Shown here piece after piece: positions 1 to 12,277 of a stretch of 64,000 nt of DNA; the stretch's first letter is position 1; every line of letters starts with the position of its first letter. The DNA lies in assembly GCA_964036045.1 (NCBI GenBank), contig OZ038378.1, positions 13,888,001 to 13,952,000 on the forward strand, in the 5' to 3' direction. Made by a program: the position numbers and the translations under genes. The DNA comes from Eutreptiella sp. 'Long Island Sound 2002'. Its lineage: Eukaryota; Protista; Euglenida. The notes below the pieces were generated by a model, which was not told where the DNA came from, made no database searches, and saw only the letters and a list, made by a program, of their open reading frames with translations.

Positions 1-1463
1 TACAAAAACTGTCCCTTTTTTCAGCGGGCAGGTTTGAAATGTGCAAAAACCCCCCAAACTACCCCTTTTTTTGAGGGGGCTGAAAAATTTGGTTACCACC
101 CCCATGTGCAAAACTTGCATGTCGCCCCCCCCCTGCCGCTGCCTCTGGCATAATGGCTCCTCTTGGGGCTCGACCATTTTGTGTCTACGTGGGAGGCAGT
201 GGGCATCGGCAGTGGTAGTGTGTCTGGCGTGGGAGTTGTGGCCATGAGAGTTGTGGTAATGAAAATGTGGGGTGCGTGAGGGGGCAGGGAGGTCCTCGAA
301 GGACCCGACAACCAGGGGCATTGAGATGAAGCAGCGAGGGTTCTGGGAGCAACTAAGAAGACGTCCAAAGGTTCCGTGCCGGGCGTGGCCTGTGGCAAAA
401 CGATGGAGCCCATCGGGGACGCCACAATGTAGATCATGGGACATTGGCTGGGGCTGGAACTGGGCATCACCTCAGCACCTACTGCCACCCCTTCAGTCAT
501 GCACCAAGGGTAGCACTATGGCGATGTGCTGTGCCGTGCTTTAGACTACGCAGTGCACCGGAAGCGACCAACAGACTCATGCGCCAGGGCACACGGAGGC
601 CGGCTTCCGGCATGTGGGTGAGAGTGGTTGGTTCTCATCCAGGAGGTCGCAGCGGCCGCCATCTCTTGGTGTCTCTTTTACACCCCATTTTGCTGCTGAA
701 CACTCGTTCTTTTCATCCTCTTTGCCATGGGCCGGTCGCAGGACCTGTTTGCCCCAACAGGGCATGTGTGTTGGGAAGGTGGATGGCATCACAGCAAAGA
801 TTTGCCCACCCATGAATCACATGCACACCACAGGAGTGCACAACACCGGAGGTATGTAGTTGATGGTCAACTTAAAGAGTCGCATCTACGGGGTTGCCTA
901 GAGACGACCTGTGGCGATACCTCCGGGGCGAAAGTGAAAGCAGTGCGAGGCAAGCGAGCAAGGCTTGTCTTTGATGGGGTACCTGCAGCCTCCTTTCAAA
1001 AGAGAAGGCTGCCCTCCAGCTGCCGCTGTGAGGGCAACAGCACGGAAATCGAAGAATGGGACGCCTATGGCCCCACCGGTGTAAGGAGGGAGAGCAAGTC
1101 AGAGAAGAGAGCGGCCGTGAGGGCATCAGGCAGGCGCTACTTGGTTGTGCAGACCCCACCGCAACACCGAAGGACTGCAACGCAAATGACATGCCATTAC
1201 CAGAACGAAGTGGGGACGTGGCTTTATTCTTGGTTGGGTGTGTCCGTAGTATCGGGGGCAGAAGGAGGACAGTAATGCAGGGGTGGTGGAACTGAAGGGG
1301 GGAGGGGCCCTAATGCAAGCCCAGTGGAGGCCTAAATCCAAGGCCAAGCCCCACAGCACCAGACATGGCACCAGCCCCAGCCCCAGTGCCAGACCTGGGG
1401 CCGGGCCAGTGGGATTGCCGTCAGCTGGGCTTTGGCTCCGATTGCCTGCTTGGCATTTGTCAG

Positions 1464-1571
1464 GGTACATTCCTCGTGACGACCTGGATGACACGAGGGA
1501 TTTACTGGATTGGAACGGCGACCACCCACACACCAACTTCAGGGAAATGTATGGATTCCTGCGCCGACACG
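1464..1571 (+). CDS. MBTPS1: Site-1 protease (SKI-1/S1P subtilase) internal exon
   Basis: AG/GT bounded, phase 1-1. [37 protein letters not shown] matches the S1P signature GYFPRDNL..DPLDWNGDHIHTNFRDMY recalled for human S1P. Upstream exons (catalytic domain) lie outside the window. Confidence 0.93.
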
Positions 1572-1683
1572 GTATGCCTTCTCTATGGCATCGGTGAGCT
1601 TGTTGTGGTGGCTCAGTGGAGCTGGTGTAAACGGCGGCTGTACCATACAGACCGGTTGAGTGTTGTGCGATACAAGCGGCGGT

Positions 1684-2518
1684 CCAGTGCCATGTCTTAC
1701 GTGTGACCTGCTTTTGTTGATCGACGTGGTTGTGAGGACAGTGTGCGGGGAAGGGGGGGGGGGTCGTATTGTGGGTGAGAGTGAGATGTTTGTCCCACAC
1801 CCCAGCCCACAGCAGTTTCGTCTCGGCTGGGGTATGGGGGCATGTCACGTATGGGAGCCCGGATGGGGGTGGGCTGGGGGGCTCCGGCCTTGAGCCGTGA
1901 GACAAATTTGGAAAGGGGTTCGTTGCCAGGCGCGTAGGGCTGGTGCTGTGAAGTCCGGTGTCCGAAAGTGTTTTCGAGGCCCAAACGATTTACAATCGGT
2001 TGTTCCTGAGCACACGGCACATAATGATTTCTCGCGACCCCCTGGATGTGCTGGCAGCGAAACCCCCGGTCTTGATTTTTTCCCGACCTTTGGGGCCTGG
2101 GTCAGGCTTTTGCTGAAGGGGGCGAGCGGTGGCGGGGTAGAACGTTTTGGTGCTCTCCCGTGCCGAGTCTCCCTCTTGACAAATACATTTTGGCCACGCC
2201 TCGCGAGAACGTGGCCTTTGCCGTGTTGCTTCGACTGAGTTTAGGTGACGGCTACGCTGAGACCGTCCAGTCCCCGTGGTAAATAGTGGTCCGGAACCCC
2301 ATTGCCCTGTGTCATGGGAATGGCTGCGTGTGAGGCCTGTGGTGCTGGCAGGGGGGCGGACGCCACTGCGGGGGGGGGGGGGGGGGGCTGCAATTCTGAG
2401 CAGCGGGGCAGCCATTGCGCTAAACACTGCACGTCCTCCCCGTTCCCCAACACCTCCTCACCCCAGACACACTGATCTCGATCAACAAAAGCAGGTCACA
2501 GAAAAGACATGGCACTGG
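1684..2518. mobile_element. MITE/foldback-like element in S1P intron
   Basis: 41-bp inverted repeats at 1684-1724 and 2478-2518 (CCAGTGCCATGTCTT...TTGTTGATCGA) with about 3 mismatches. No clear TSD. Confidence 0.65.
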
Positions 2519-2729
2519 GTTCAGGTTCGGTGTGCGGGTGTCATCCTCTGAAGCCACCCTCCGATACCCGCTGCCGGCCCATGCTCTGCCTCTGCCTCCT
2601 TTTCGCTGGAGGTCTGGTCCTGTCGTGCTCCTGAAGGAGCGGGTTCATGAGGGTTTCGGCAAAAACGAAGCTTTTTGAAGCGGAGCAGCCGGTGTGCGTT
2701 CGTCACTCACTGACGCCCTCACTCGATAG

Positions 2730-2848
2730 GGTACTTCCTGGAGATCCTCACGACGGATTACACGACATTCGATGCGGCATCGTACGGGTACTTGCTGATC
2801 GTTGATTCCGAGGAGGAGTTTTTCTACGAAGAAGTCTCGAAATTGGAG
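2730..2848 (+). CDS. MBTPS1: S1P exon
   Basis: AG/GT bounded, phase 1-0. [40 protein letters not shown] resembles S1P GYFVEVL...FDASQYGTLLMVDSEEEYF. Confidence 0.93.
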
Positions 2849-3047
2849 GTCCGTTGTGTGATCTGCTTGACCTGCTCCGTAGTGCACATGGGCCGGTGAG
2901 AGGGGGTGGGACCGAAGGGCGCTTCGCCTGCATTTCCCTGACGACGGTGCCCTGCATGGGCCCCAGTGATGTGTGGGACAGCCCTCCGTCGCCCTCTCGT
3001 CGTGTGCATGGCCTCCCATGCGGTGCCCTGGGCCGCCCCCTGTGCAG

Positions 3048-3168
3048 GACGACGTCAAGAACAAAGGCCTGGGGCTTCTCGTGTTCGCGGACTGGTACAA
3101 CACGACCGTCATGAAGGCCGTGGGTTTCTTCGATGACAACACGCATTCGTGGTGGAGCGCCGCGGTGG
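3048..3168 (+). CDS. MBTPS1: S1P exon
   Basis: AG/GT bounded, phase 0-1. DDVKNKGLGLLVFADWYNTTVMKAVGFFDDNTHSWW resembles S1P GLSLVIFSDWYNTSVM..VKFYDENTRQWW. Confidence 0.93.
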
Positions 3169-3736
3169 GTATGCCGCGGCCGTGGCGTGCGCGTGCCCGG
3201 CCCTCGTGTCATTCAAGGGGATGTGCGCCCACTGCAACGCGGCCTCCACCCGCCGCCCCCGACCCCCCGCTCAGAAAGGGGCTTTGTAGCAGGTCGTCTG
3301 GCGTTGGGTATCGCGTGGGTATCCCAAACAGACCCACCAACGCCGACATGTCGCCCACTTGTGAACTCATGAGGCTGTGGACAGTCACCCAATGTCATCC
3401 TGAATAATTTCCACCCGCACGGCACCAGAGCCCTGCCCCTGCCCCTCCCGCTTCTGCAAACAACAATACGCCACAGCTATGGGCCTCCGAGTGAACCGGT
3501 GCTGAAGCTGCGATGGACGGCTTTGGTGTACAAAGCCAGTCTGCCGGGCCCCGTCCACACTATTTGTCTGCATGTCTACCCTGTCTCAAAAATGTGTTTC
3601 TGTTCTGCCGGATGTATGCACCGGTTTCCAAGTACGCCCTCATGGTTTACCCCCCTGTCCCCCCGGTACTCTCCTGCACAGTGTCCCGACCCCTGCTCCC
3701 CAACGCCTGCACATTCCCCCGTTCCCTCATTCGCAG

Positions 3737-3977
3737 GTGGAGCCAATGTGCCAGCGCTCAATGACTTACTGCAGCCCTACGGCATTGCCTTCGGCGCCGA
3801 GGTGTGGACCGGGTCACTGGATTTGGCCCCGAGGGACGCCCAATCCCACCTCCGGCCCCAGAGGGTGAAGTTTGCCTCTGGGCCTTCCATTCGGACGTTT
3901 CCGGCGGGCGGCAAACTCATGTCTGCGTTGATGCACAACAAAGGAAGGGCGCTGACGAAGGCGAACCCCGATTCGAG
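3737..3977 (+). CDS. MBTPS1: S1P exon
   Basis: AG/GT bounded, phase 1-2. GGANVPALNDLLQPYGIAFG...FASGPSIRTFP resembles S1P GGANIPALNELL...YASGCSIAKFP. Donor chosen to be in phase with the next exon. Confidence 0.88.
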
Positions 3978-4667
3978 GTATTCACAAGGGGTGCCCGTCG
4001 AGGACAGTGTTGACCGATTTGTCCCCCAAAGCAGCACAACGGACCAATCCGGTCCTCTCAGTCTCACGGAACAGAGAGACCTGCCGGGCAGTGTGGACGT
4101 TGTTATTGTGTGAGGGGCACGCCACACAGTGCACTGAGAGGCACGCGCATGCGCCCACAGTCTAGTCATCGACAGCCCCCCCCCCCCTCCCCCTCCTCCC
4201 ACACACCACCACCACCACCACCATCCAAGGCGCCATCGGTGCCGCCCATGCCGTAGGCATCGCAGAGCAGCCCCAGCGCACTATCATGCCCAGGTTGCAG
4301 CAGGGGTAACCCCCCTCCAAGAAGGGTCCAGTCCTCATCCTCCTCTCCTATGTCCTGCCCCAGTCCGTCAACAGCCAGCCTCAGCACCCTGGAGCTACTC
4401 ACCGTCCTACTCCCTTTGTTGCACAAAGGTGCATGGTGCGTGTTATGAGCACTTGCTGTTGTTCTCGTTGTCTGTGGCACACACCTGACGAGGTCCGGTA
4501 CATCAGGCTGTTTTGATTGGCTGCCTGTTTGTTGCATGTATCGTGTGTGACTGTGTGAGTGGAGTGAGTTGGTGGGTGATTGGAATTGGGAGACATCAGT
4601 GCAGTCAGATCAGAGCTGTATTTCTTGCGTTATGTGCAGCCCCATGCGCATGCACATGCGAAGGAAG

Positions 4668-5341
4668 TTACCGGTCAAATTGTAATTTAAGGCTAATACA
4701 TTCGAAGGGCGGTGTGCGTCCAAATTTGGGTGAACGCAAAAATGAAAAAAAATCATGAAATTAATTTGAGGTTAATGATCGTACAACGACGCAAAATTTT
4801 CATTTATCGCAAAAAATCAATTTCTTCTGGCTGCGCCACCCAGCAATTTTTTTGTCTTCTGTCCATGTTGCAGTGCAACCACAACATCAAACTCCTGCTC
4901 AGAGGAGACCACACCAGGCGACCTCAAGGTACATTGAACGTGCGGATCTTGCTTTTCTTTAACAACAACCGTCCAGGAATGAACAGCAACCCTCCGAGAA
5001 GGAATGAACAGCAACCCTCTACAAATTTCCAGCAAGCCTCCAAAAATCAATAGCAACCGTCATTACATTCACCGTCAACCGTCAAGACATTACAAGAGTA
5101 CACTAGGAATTAACAGCAACACTCAAGGACAGCAATATTAGGAATTCACAGCATTTTTCAAGTCACCATCCAAAACTGCAAATGCCAAAGCAATCACAAA
5201 AAAAATAATGGAAAATAAAGATAAGAAATATGATTTTCGCCCTTGTCAATCCGGTTTCTTGCAGTTTTGGGCGTACAAAAACGCAAACAATCACAAAAAA
5301 AATCAATGACATCCCTTAAAATTTGCCCGGTAATTTGACCT
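4668..5341. mobile_element. AT-rich MITE-like insert in S1P intron
   Basis: Abrupt AT-rich block. Imperfect inverted ends TTACCGGTCAAATT..TTAAGG and CCTTAAAATTTGCCCGGTAA. Confidence 0.4.
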
Positions 5342-5929
5342 CTTGATCATTGAAAATGGGTCCTCAGAACGTGGTGAGGATGCACGGGCCAAGCATTGTA
5401 CTATGATCAGACAACATTGGTAAGGGTTGATCTCCATTCTGAAGCTTGGTTTTGGGCCTGGCCCATGTTCAGCCACCTCCTGTTCAGAAGCAGATCCGCC
5501 CATCAAAGCACATACGCACACCTGCGCGCACCTGCACACACGCGCGAAGTGATCAACGAGAAGAGGGTCTGAGAGGCGCAAACTCGAGCCAAGAAGAGGC
5601 CCAAGCAACGAATTTTACGTGAAGGCCATTTTACAGTGCCACTGCCGGAGTAGGGCCTAAAGCAAATTGCTTGGTGAAGCCCCAATTCCAGAAACCGGTG
5701 GGCAGGGCCCCGCAACACGGTTTGTGTTGGGGAGGATTTTGAGTGCCGTTTCGGCAAAGGGCACACCGAGGGCACGCCCTGCGGCCTGATGACTTGAACA
5801 GCCGCCTAGCGACCCCGTGAACGACTCGACTTGGGGGTTCAGGTCTCGTTCTGCCCCCCCCCTCCCCCCCAAACTATGCCTCCCTTGTTCCTGAGGGCTC
5901 TGGTTTCCCATCGACGCATGTCTCAACAG

Positions 5930-6022
5930 GAAAGTCCCGTTCATGGGGCTGACAGACCCCGCGGGTCCGAGAGTGGCCGTGTACGGCGATTCCAATTGTT
6001 TGGATGCTGCGAGGAACGCAGG
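5930..6022 (+). CDS. MBTPS1: S1P exon
   Basis: AG/GT bounded, phase 2-2. KVPFMGLTDPAGPRVAVYGDSNCLD contains the S1P YGDSNCLD motif. Confidence 0.9.
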
Positions 6023-7066
6023 GTATGTGCAACGCGACCGGGAGCTGCCTCGAGGCTGTGCGACCCCCCCCCCCCACCACCACCACATCCCCGTGTACAT
6101 CCGCTGCAACACGGGGCTCTGGTGGCGGGGCGGAGGTTTGGCAGGTTCGGGTCGCCAGCCGTCGTGGAGGTGTCAAAAGAGCGACGGTGTGGGAGGACTG
6201 TCTGCTCACGACCGCCGACTTCACGGGTGTTGCTCACTGACCTCCCGGGCCGTGGGCCTGCGCGGTGCGCGCGGTCCGTAAGGGTGAGGGTTTTGCTGAC
6301 GCGGTCTTGCGGTGCTTCGTGCGTGGGCGGTGGAGTGCGCGGCGTTCGCTCTGGGACCGCCCTGTGCGGCTGTTACCCCCTCCACTTGTGCTGGGACTGG
6401 GACTGGGGCTGGGCCAGAGGTGGGGTAGGCGGTGGGCTGGAGGTGACACAACACCGGCTTCTGTTGTCCTGCGCGCTGTCCGTGGGGCGGGCGCAACGTG
6501 GCGTGTTGCAGAGGTCCGGGTCTACAAACGAGCGGTTGCTGTGGGTTGGGGCGTTGTGGTGTCTGGGGGGAGGTCATCGGTGTACGTGTTTGGGGGGTTG
6601 TAGGGTGTTGTGGTCTGTCGGTGAGTTGGTTGTTGTCTGCAGCGTCAACGGTGAGCAACTCCGCCACAGCTGCTGCGTGTGCACTTCTTCAGGCGACGTG
6701 CGCAGCCACATGGGCTGACGCAATCCCACGAATCCACACAGCCACACACAGCCACACACAGCCACACACAGCCACACACAGCTGCACAGAGCCAGCGGAC
6801 CCCTTCCACTCGCTGTCCCCATTGACGCCTTGTTGGTTAATGGCAGCCTCCAAAAATTTTGAAATAGCAGCGCAGCGGTGCATCTTCATGCAGTCATCCA
6901 ACAGCGCTCAGCAGCGGAAAGAAGACCAGAAATTTGCTCTGATGGGGGAGGGGGGTGACTCGGGAGCCCCGGGATGGTGGGGGGGTGGGGATTGAGAAAA
7001 TGGGCCCTCAAAACATCCAGAGCCAGGTTGTTTGTTTTTACCCTACGCTGAACGCTGGAACCATAT

Positions 7067-7163
7067 TTTTTTGAAAATTTTTGACACCCAGTTGTGTATG
7101 ATCATTCGCGCGTCATGGGCATCATTTTGAGGTGTGTATGTTGGGGTACTGCCCCCCCCCCCC
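7067..7163 (+). repeat. Dispersed repeat family A, partial copy
   Basis: ...GCGTCATGGGCATCATTTTGAGGTGTGTATGTTGGGGTAC + poly-C, shared with the ends of the copies at 16812 and 58539. Confidence 0.8.
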
Positions 7164-8305
7164 GCATGGGCGCCCTCGCCTCCCCCCTCCCCCCCCCCCC
7201 AGGCATAGTAAGGAGGCAAACTCAGGAGCCCATGGTGGCGGGGGGGATGGAAAATGCGCTCCCAAGGGCCTCAACCCAATGTTCTCCGCGCCCAGAATGT
7301 ACGTCTTGTCGTGAATTTCGGGTGGAAAGTCACGAGAAAGGAAACGCGCGCATACCACCACTGCATACCTCTGCAGAAGAAAGGCAAAAAAGTGATGGAA
7401 GTGCGTGGAGCATCCCACGAACGTGCCAGCATTTGGGTTGATTGGCCGGCAGGTCCCATTCCATAGAACGCACGTGTTGCAGCAGCGCGCCTCGGGAAAC
7501 AGAGATTTTTGCAAATTTGGAGTCCACCGGGCAATCAGCAGCATTTTGGCGTCGTCGACGAGGCGTTTTCGCACGAAAGAAAATCTCTTTTGCGACCTCT
7601 CTATTCGAACCTGAGCCCATTCCCACAGTGCGCACGGGGCGCCCGCGACAGCCCTGGTGATGGGTATTGCACTACAAGTCACGCATTGGTTCGGCTCACA
7701 GCCTTTCCTCAGATTTCCGACGTCGAATCGGAAATGTGTGAGTGCGGATCATTTTGCCAGCCGCAGCGACACGCGGCACTTCTCCTGTCGCGCGTGCGTT
7801 GCGTACGCCGTGTAGGACCCCCCTCTATGTTTCTTTGACGCGCGTCGCGCCCCCTTCACCCTTCGTCATGTTCTGCGGGGGTTCAGAGCCACATTCCCTC
7901 AGAAGTTGCCTGGGTCGATGCCCATTTCGCTTGCTTTCTTGACACGGACGGCGGCTGCTTCAGCGGTGCTTTTGCTGCTTTGGGCTTGGCGTTAGTGCAC
8001 TCCTGAGCGGACCATGACTTCGTACAGGTCTCGCCATGCACAATAGCCCTCTTGCGTGCCTCCTCCGTTTGAGGAATCCTTTCTGATTCCAAATTAACGG
8101 TCGTTTTCAAAGCATTTCGGGATTTTGCCGTCGCAGCATGCCACCCAGCGGAACGGTCACGGCGCTTCACGGACGCTGATATCTCCATCCGTCTGGAGGC
8201 ATAGAGGCCGTATAGACACGCGTTCATCAAACGTGCGCGTTTTTGTGTCAACGCACGCCAAGTCGGTCACGATCAATGAGTCACCGTATGGATGTGCATC
8301 TGCAG

Positions 8306-8411
8306 GTGGTGTTTTATGGTCCTGTTGGCAATGCTGCGGTACGCTGCGGGTGATTCCAACTGGGCCAAAGAGATCAACACATACGAGTCCAATACACTGA
8401 AGCAGTTGTCG
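8306..8411 (+). CDS. MBTPS1: S1P exon
   Basis: AG/GT bounded, phase 2-0. WCFMVLLAMLRYAAG aligns with S1P DCFWLLDALLQYT, which follows GDSNCLD. Confidence 0.75.
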
Positions 8412-8498
8412 GTGTGATGGATGCTTCGCGTGTGCGAGCGCAGTTGTGGTGCTTTGTTCAGAGGATGGCTTTCGACCGAGGGGAAGTAAGGTGATCAA

Positions 8499-8640
8499 TG
8501 TGTGTGTGTGTGTGGGTGTGTGTGTGTGTGTGTGTGTGTGGGTGTGTGGGTGTGGGTGTGGGTGTGGGTGTGGGTGTGGGTGTGGGTGTGGGTGTGGGTG
8601 TGGGTGTGGGTGTGGGTGTGGGTGTGGGTGTGGGTGTGGG
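8499..8640 (+). repeat. Compound microsatellite (TG)n followed by (TGTGGG)16
   Basis: Read directly. Perfect hexamer run at 8545-8640. Confidence 0.97.
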
Positions 8641-9164
8641 TGCGTGGCTGGGTGGGATGAAGGACCAGGGCAGTCAGCGTGGCCCAAGGGAATTTGCAAT
8701 GGGGGCCCCGGCAGGTATGCGACCGAACTGATGCAGTCCCTGACAGCCAGTTCTTCCTGTGAACCACGTGCAATAGAAGTTAGGGAAGGGGGAAACAGAT
8801 GCGCCCGGCGCTATCCTAGTCCTAGTGCTTGGAATGGCTAGCACGAACCAGGGCGGTGGTAGGATGGCACCTCGATGAATGTGGGGCACACGGGATTGTG
8901 GGGTGTATCCCATAATTTTGAGGGATCGCCTGGCCCGGGTAGCTGCCCATTGCTCCGGCACCATGGGCTGTTGGCAGACTAGGGCCGCCATCAGGCCAGC
9001 TCGGGGGTGTAACCACACCACGAGGCGCTTTCTTGCTGGCGGCCACCCGTGAGATTGTGCGCCGCATGTCCAAAGAAAGATCCGTGGCCGTCTGTGGGGA
9101 CGCTTTGCGGAGGAGACATGTGGTATCCTCCTTTAATACACTGCCTTACGGTAGAGAGGCTGTT

Positions 9165-9324
9165 GGCAGTGGTGTCCTTCGGTACTTGCCACGCTACACG
9201 GGGCCACACGCACACATGTATGCGCGCGCACACACGCACACAAACACACGCACGCACGCACGCGCGCACGCATGCACACACAAACACACATCGGTGTGGC
9301 AGTGTACCGAAGGATTCCACTACC
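9165..9324. mobile_element. Small MITE with CA/CG microsatellite core
   Basis: Imperfect ~28-bp inverted repeats at 9165-9192 and 9296-9324 (core TCCTTCGGTAC / GTACCGAAGGA). Confidence 0.55.
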
Positions 9325-9588
9325 CACTTGTGTGTGTGTGTCTGTGTGCGTGTAAGCGCAGGGGAAGCCTGCTGTTGTGTCTTCCCAGTTCTGTTTGTGG
9401 GCCTGATTTAGCCATTTGCAGGGAACATTTGGCAACGGTTCTCATGAAAGGGAGGGTTGAAGAAGACATACTCTGATTCGATTCGCTCCGAGCCAAAGGG
9501 CACCGTACGTGCATGGGGCTGCGCTCGGCTGTTGGTCCGTAGCCGAGGCCCAGTGGTGCGTTCTCTTTCGCCGTCCCCTGGCATTCAG

Positions 9589-9660
9589 GTCGCGTTTGTG
9601 GACCCCCAGAACCCCCTGCCCGAAGCCACAAACAGTGAGACATGGCCGACCATTTCTCTG
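9589..9660 (+). CDS. MBTPS1: Probable S1P exon (alternative donor at 9634)
   Basis: cattcag acceptor, phase 0, VAFVDPQNPLPEATNSETWPTISL. Two possible donors: A|GTGAG at 9634 (phase 1, joins directly to 12278) or CTG|GTGAAG at 9660 (phase 0). Confidence 0.6.
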
Positions 9661-10812
9661 GTGAAGGGCTTGGGACGCAATTTGACGCAGGCGAAGAGAG
9701 ACGGGCGGGCCCCGCACTTTCGTGGTGTGTGCCGTGCGCTGACCTGCAATGGGCTCAGGTCTCTGCTTGTCACGTGTTGGTCAGCCCCCCTGCCCTGTGG
9801 GCCTGTGGGGGCCGGGGCATACTTCTGCCGGATGGGCTTTGAAGGATTGAGTGGCGCGAGTGCGAGGGAGTGGCCCACTTTGGTGTGGGAGGCCCCAACT
9901 CGCCCCCTTCTGAGGGGGAGGGCACAAGGGGGCTGCGCACGCTGGGGGGGGGGGTGACGTATGAGCGCTGGTTTCGGGGGAGGGCTGCCTCGAAAATTGG
10001 AGGGGGGCAGGTCGTGTGCTGTGGGGGGGGGGGGGCGTCGGTGGAGGATCGGGTTGAGGGCTGGAGGGCGTTTGTGGGATCCCTCGGCCCGCGGGCGCTG
10101 GCCCTCCTCTTTCCCGAGGTGACATGGCGCTTCGCGTCGTGTCGGGGCAGGCAGTGGATTCCGGGCGACGGGCAGGCGCACGCCAGCGCTGGACGCGGTG
10201 TGCACTGAGTTCACTGTCGATGTGTGGGGGGGGGTCTATGGAGCGGTGCTGGAGGTCTGGCGGGGCATGTGCCGTCCTCGGGGCATTTCTGGATCCGTCC
10301 GATGGTGTTCTGGTGGGGGGGGCGGGTCAGAGGGCGCGTGGGTGATATTGGGAGCGAACGTGGCGGCATTACGGGCGTTGGGACGCGCGCGCTGTGTGTG
10401 TGTGGGGGGGGGGGGGGCGTGAATACGTCACTGATCTGAGCACCGCCGTGCAGTCCGTCAGCGGGGGCCTTTGTTGGAACGTCCTTGCGGCCCGTGTGCC
10501 TGTCCACGGCGTTCATGTCGGTGTCCGAAGAGCACCCAAGCCCAAGCCCCGCGCAAGGCACGTGGCATCCGCCTGCCCTCAGTCGTCGGGTGGGGGGAGG
10601 CGGTCGGAGGCGAATTTCCCGGCCGATCTGACGGGCGGCGCATGACGCGGCGTGTGGCCTGCGGTTCTGCGTGTTCCGCTGCATCTGCGGGGGTTTGGGC
10701 TGGGGCTCTGATGCGAGACTTGGTTTGGACCGGCGGGCGGGGGGGGGGGGTATGGTATGGTCAGAGCCTTGTGCCGAGTGCCCGGTGGCCGCTGCCGCGC
10801 GCTGCACTGCAG

Positions 10813-10944
10813 TCGCCTCTGCGAATTCGTGAGGCCGCCACTGCCCTCGACACGGTCCCATATGACGTGTACCGCCCGCCTGCCCCGCCCCCCGCCCCCA
10901 CACTGCCCCGTTTTGCGAGGCCGGTTCCCACGGCGGAGTTGGAG
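10813..10944 (+). CDS. MBTPS1: Candidate S1P exon (Pro-rich stalk)
   Basis: ctgcag/GTGTGG bounded, phase 0-0, SPLRIREAATALDTVPYDVYRPPAPPPAPTLPRFARPVPTAELE. Only weakly similar to the Pro-rich S1P stalk. Confidence 0.4.
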
Positions 10945-12277
10945 GTGTGGGTCCTCCCAGGACAGCATTGCCCCATGTGGCGACTGGGGGGGGGGGTCCG
11001 CTTGGGGGTGACGTAGGCCCATGTGGGGACTGGTATGTGAGAGGGCCGGGTCCAGCGTTGGGGCGATGGTGCCCTTCCCCCACTGTCGACCCCCCCCCCC
11101 CACTGCCCGTATCGATGTGCGAGGCTCATGGGGTCCGTGCAGCCGGGCTTTGCGTACGTTGAGACGCCTGTACACACCGTCACGCATGCGCTCGGGTGCG
11201 CGGGGCCCTCACGCATTGATGGGGCAGGGGGGGGGGGGCTTGACAGTAGGGGAATCGACGCCGGGTTTTGAAAACGACCGCGGGAGACATCCCCCCCCCC
11301 CCCCCGGGCCCCGCATTGGGGGTGTCTGTCCTCTGGGGACAGACACCCTCCCTTCGGGACCTGGCCTTCTGTGGTATTCGGTCTCCACTCCGCCGCGCGC
11401 ACAGTTCAGCACGCACCAGGGGACTGGGGGGGTTGGTCACCGTGAGGGCACAGAGGAGGTCCCGGATGATCGGTCCGAGCGCCATCGCAGCCGTCATGAG
11501 CACTGTGACTTCGTGAAACTGATGGCCCGTTGGGTGTGTGATAGCCCCCAATGCGCCACCCGCGGTGACCGCAGGGGAAACCCGGAGCAGCGCACGCAAC
11601 CAAATGTCCGTCAAGCAAAGGACAAGGCCTGCGTGCTGGCGGGGCACGCAGGCACAGGGGGCGAGCCGGCGTGGGGATTGGGGGCGTGGCCGGTGGGGGC
11701 TACATGAAGGTGCACGTCACGATTGGGCAGGAAGGGCGGAGGGGCGGAGGGCGTGGGGCGAACAGGAGCGGGAGGGACAAGGACAGCGAGGGGGCCCTGG
11801 GGGGTACGCGCTCACGGGCACCCGTTTGTAAGCCCGAAGCGACAGGCAGGCGTCTCATGGGGTCACGGAACACAGCGGACGTCCAGGGCCCACAGGGGCA
11901 TCCAAGGCAGCAGGCGTATACACTCGGTGCAGCTACAGGGACATTTGTGAGTCAGGTCAGATCCATAACGGCCGGTTGGGCACCGTGTGGTACACCCGGT
12001 GCGCAGTGCCATGTGTGTTTTGTGTGACCCGCTGTTGGTGATCGTTTGTGTGTTTCAGAAATGGGGTAAGAAAGGGGCACTTTCGTGGGTCGGACGCGGG
12101 AGTTGCCGGAGAACTGTATGGCAGAGGAGAGTGATGTTGTACCGCGGGGTGTGTTTGTGTGTGGCTGAGTGCCATATGAGCCTCAACGGGGGGGAACGGC
12201 ATGCACAGGGACCCCCGCGTGTCTACACTCAGAACCGCGTGGAGTTGGGCCTTCCGCCACACGCCGCTCTGTTCCAG

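Noticed and set aside
3978-4113. Continuation of the S1P exon to the stop at 4113
   Set aside because: The S1P-like sequence resumes in phase at 5930 from the donor at 3978, so the read-through is intronic.
5831-6718. 295-aa ORF and other long overlapping ORFs around 6-7 kb and 10-12 kb
   Set aside because: GC-rich, stop-poor low-complexity intron sequence in frames different from the S1P exons. No recognisable domain.
8157-8841. ORFs with poly-HP, CG, GV or HT repeats
   Set aside because: They are translations of the intronic microsatellite.
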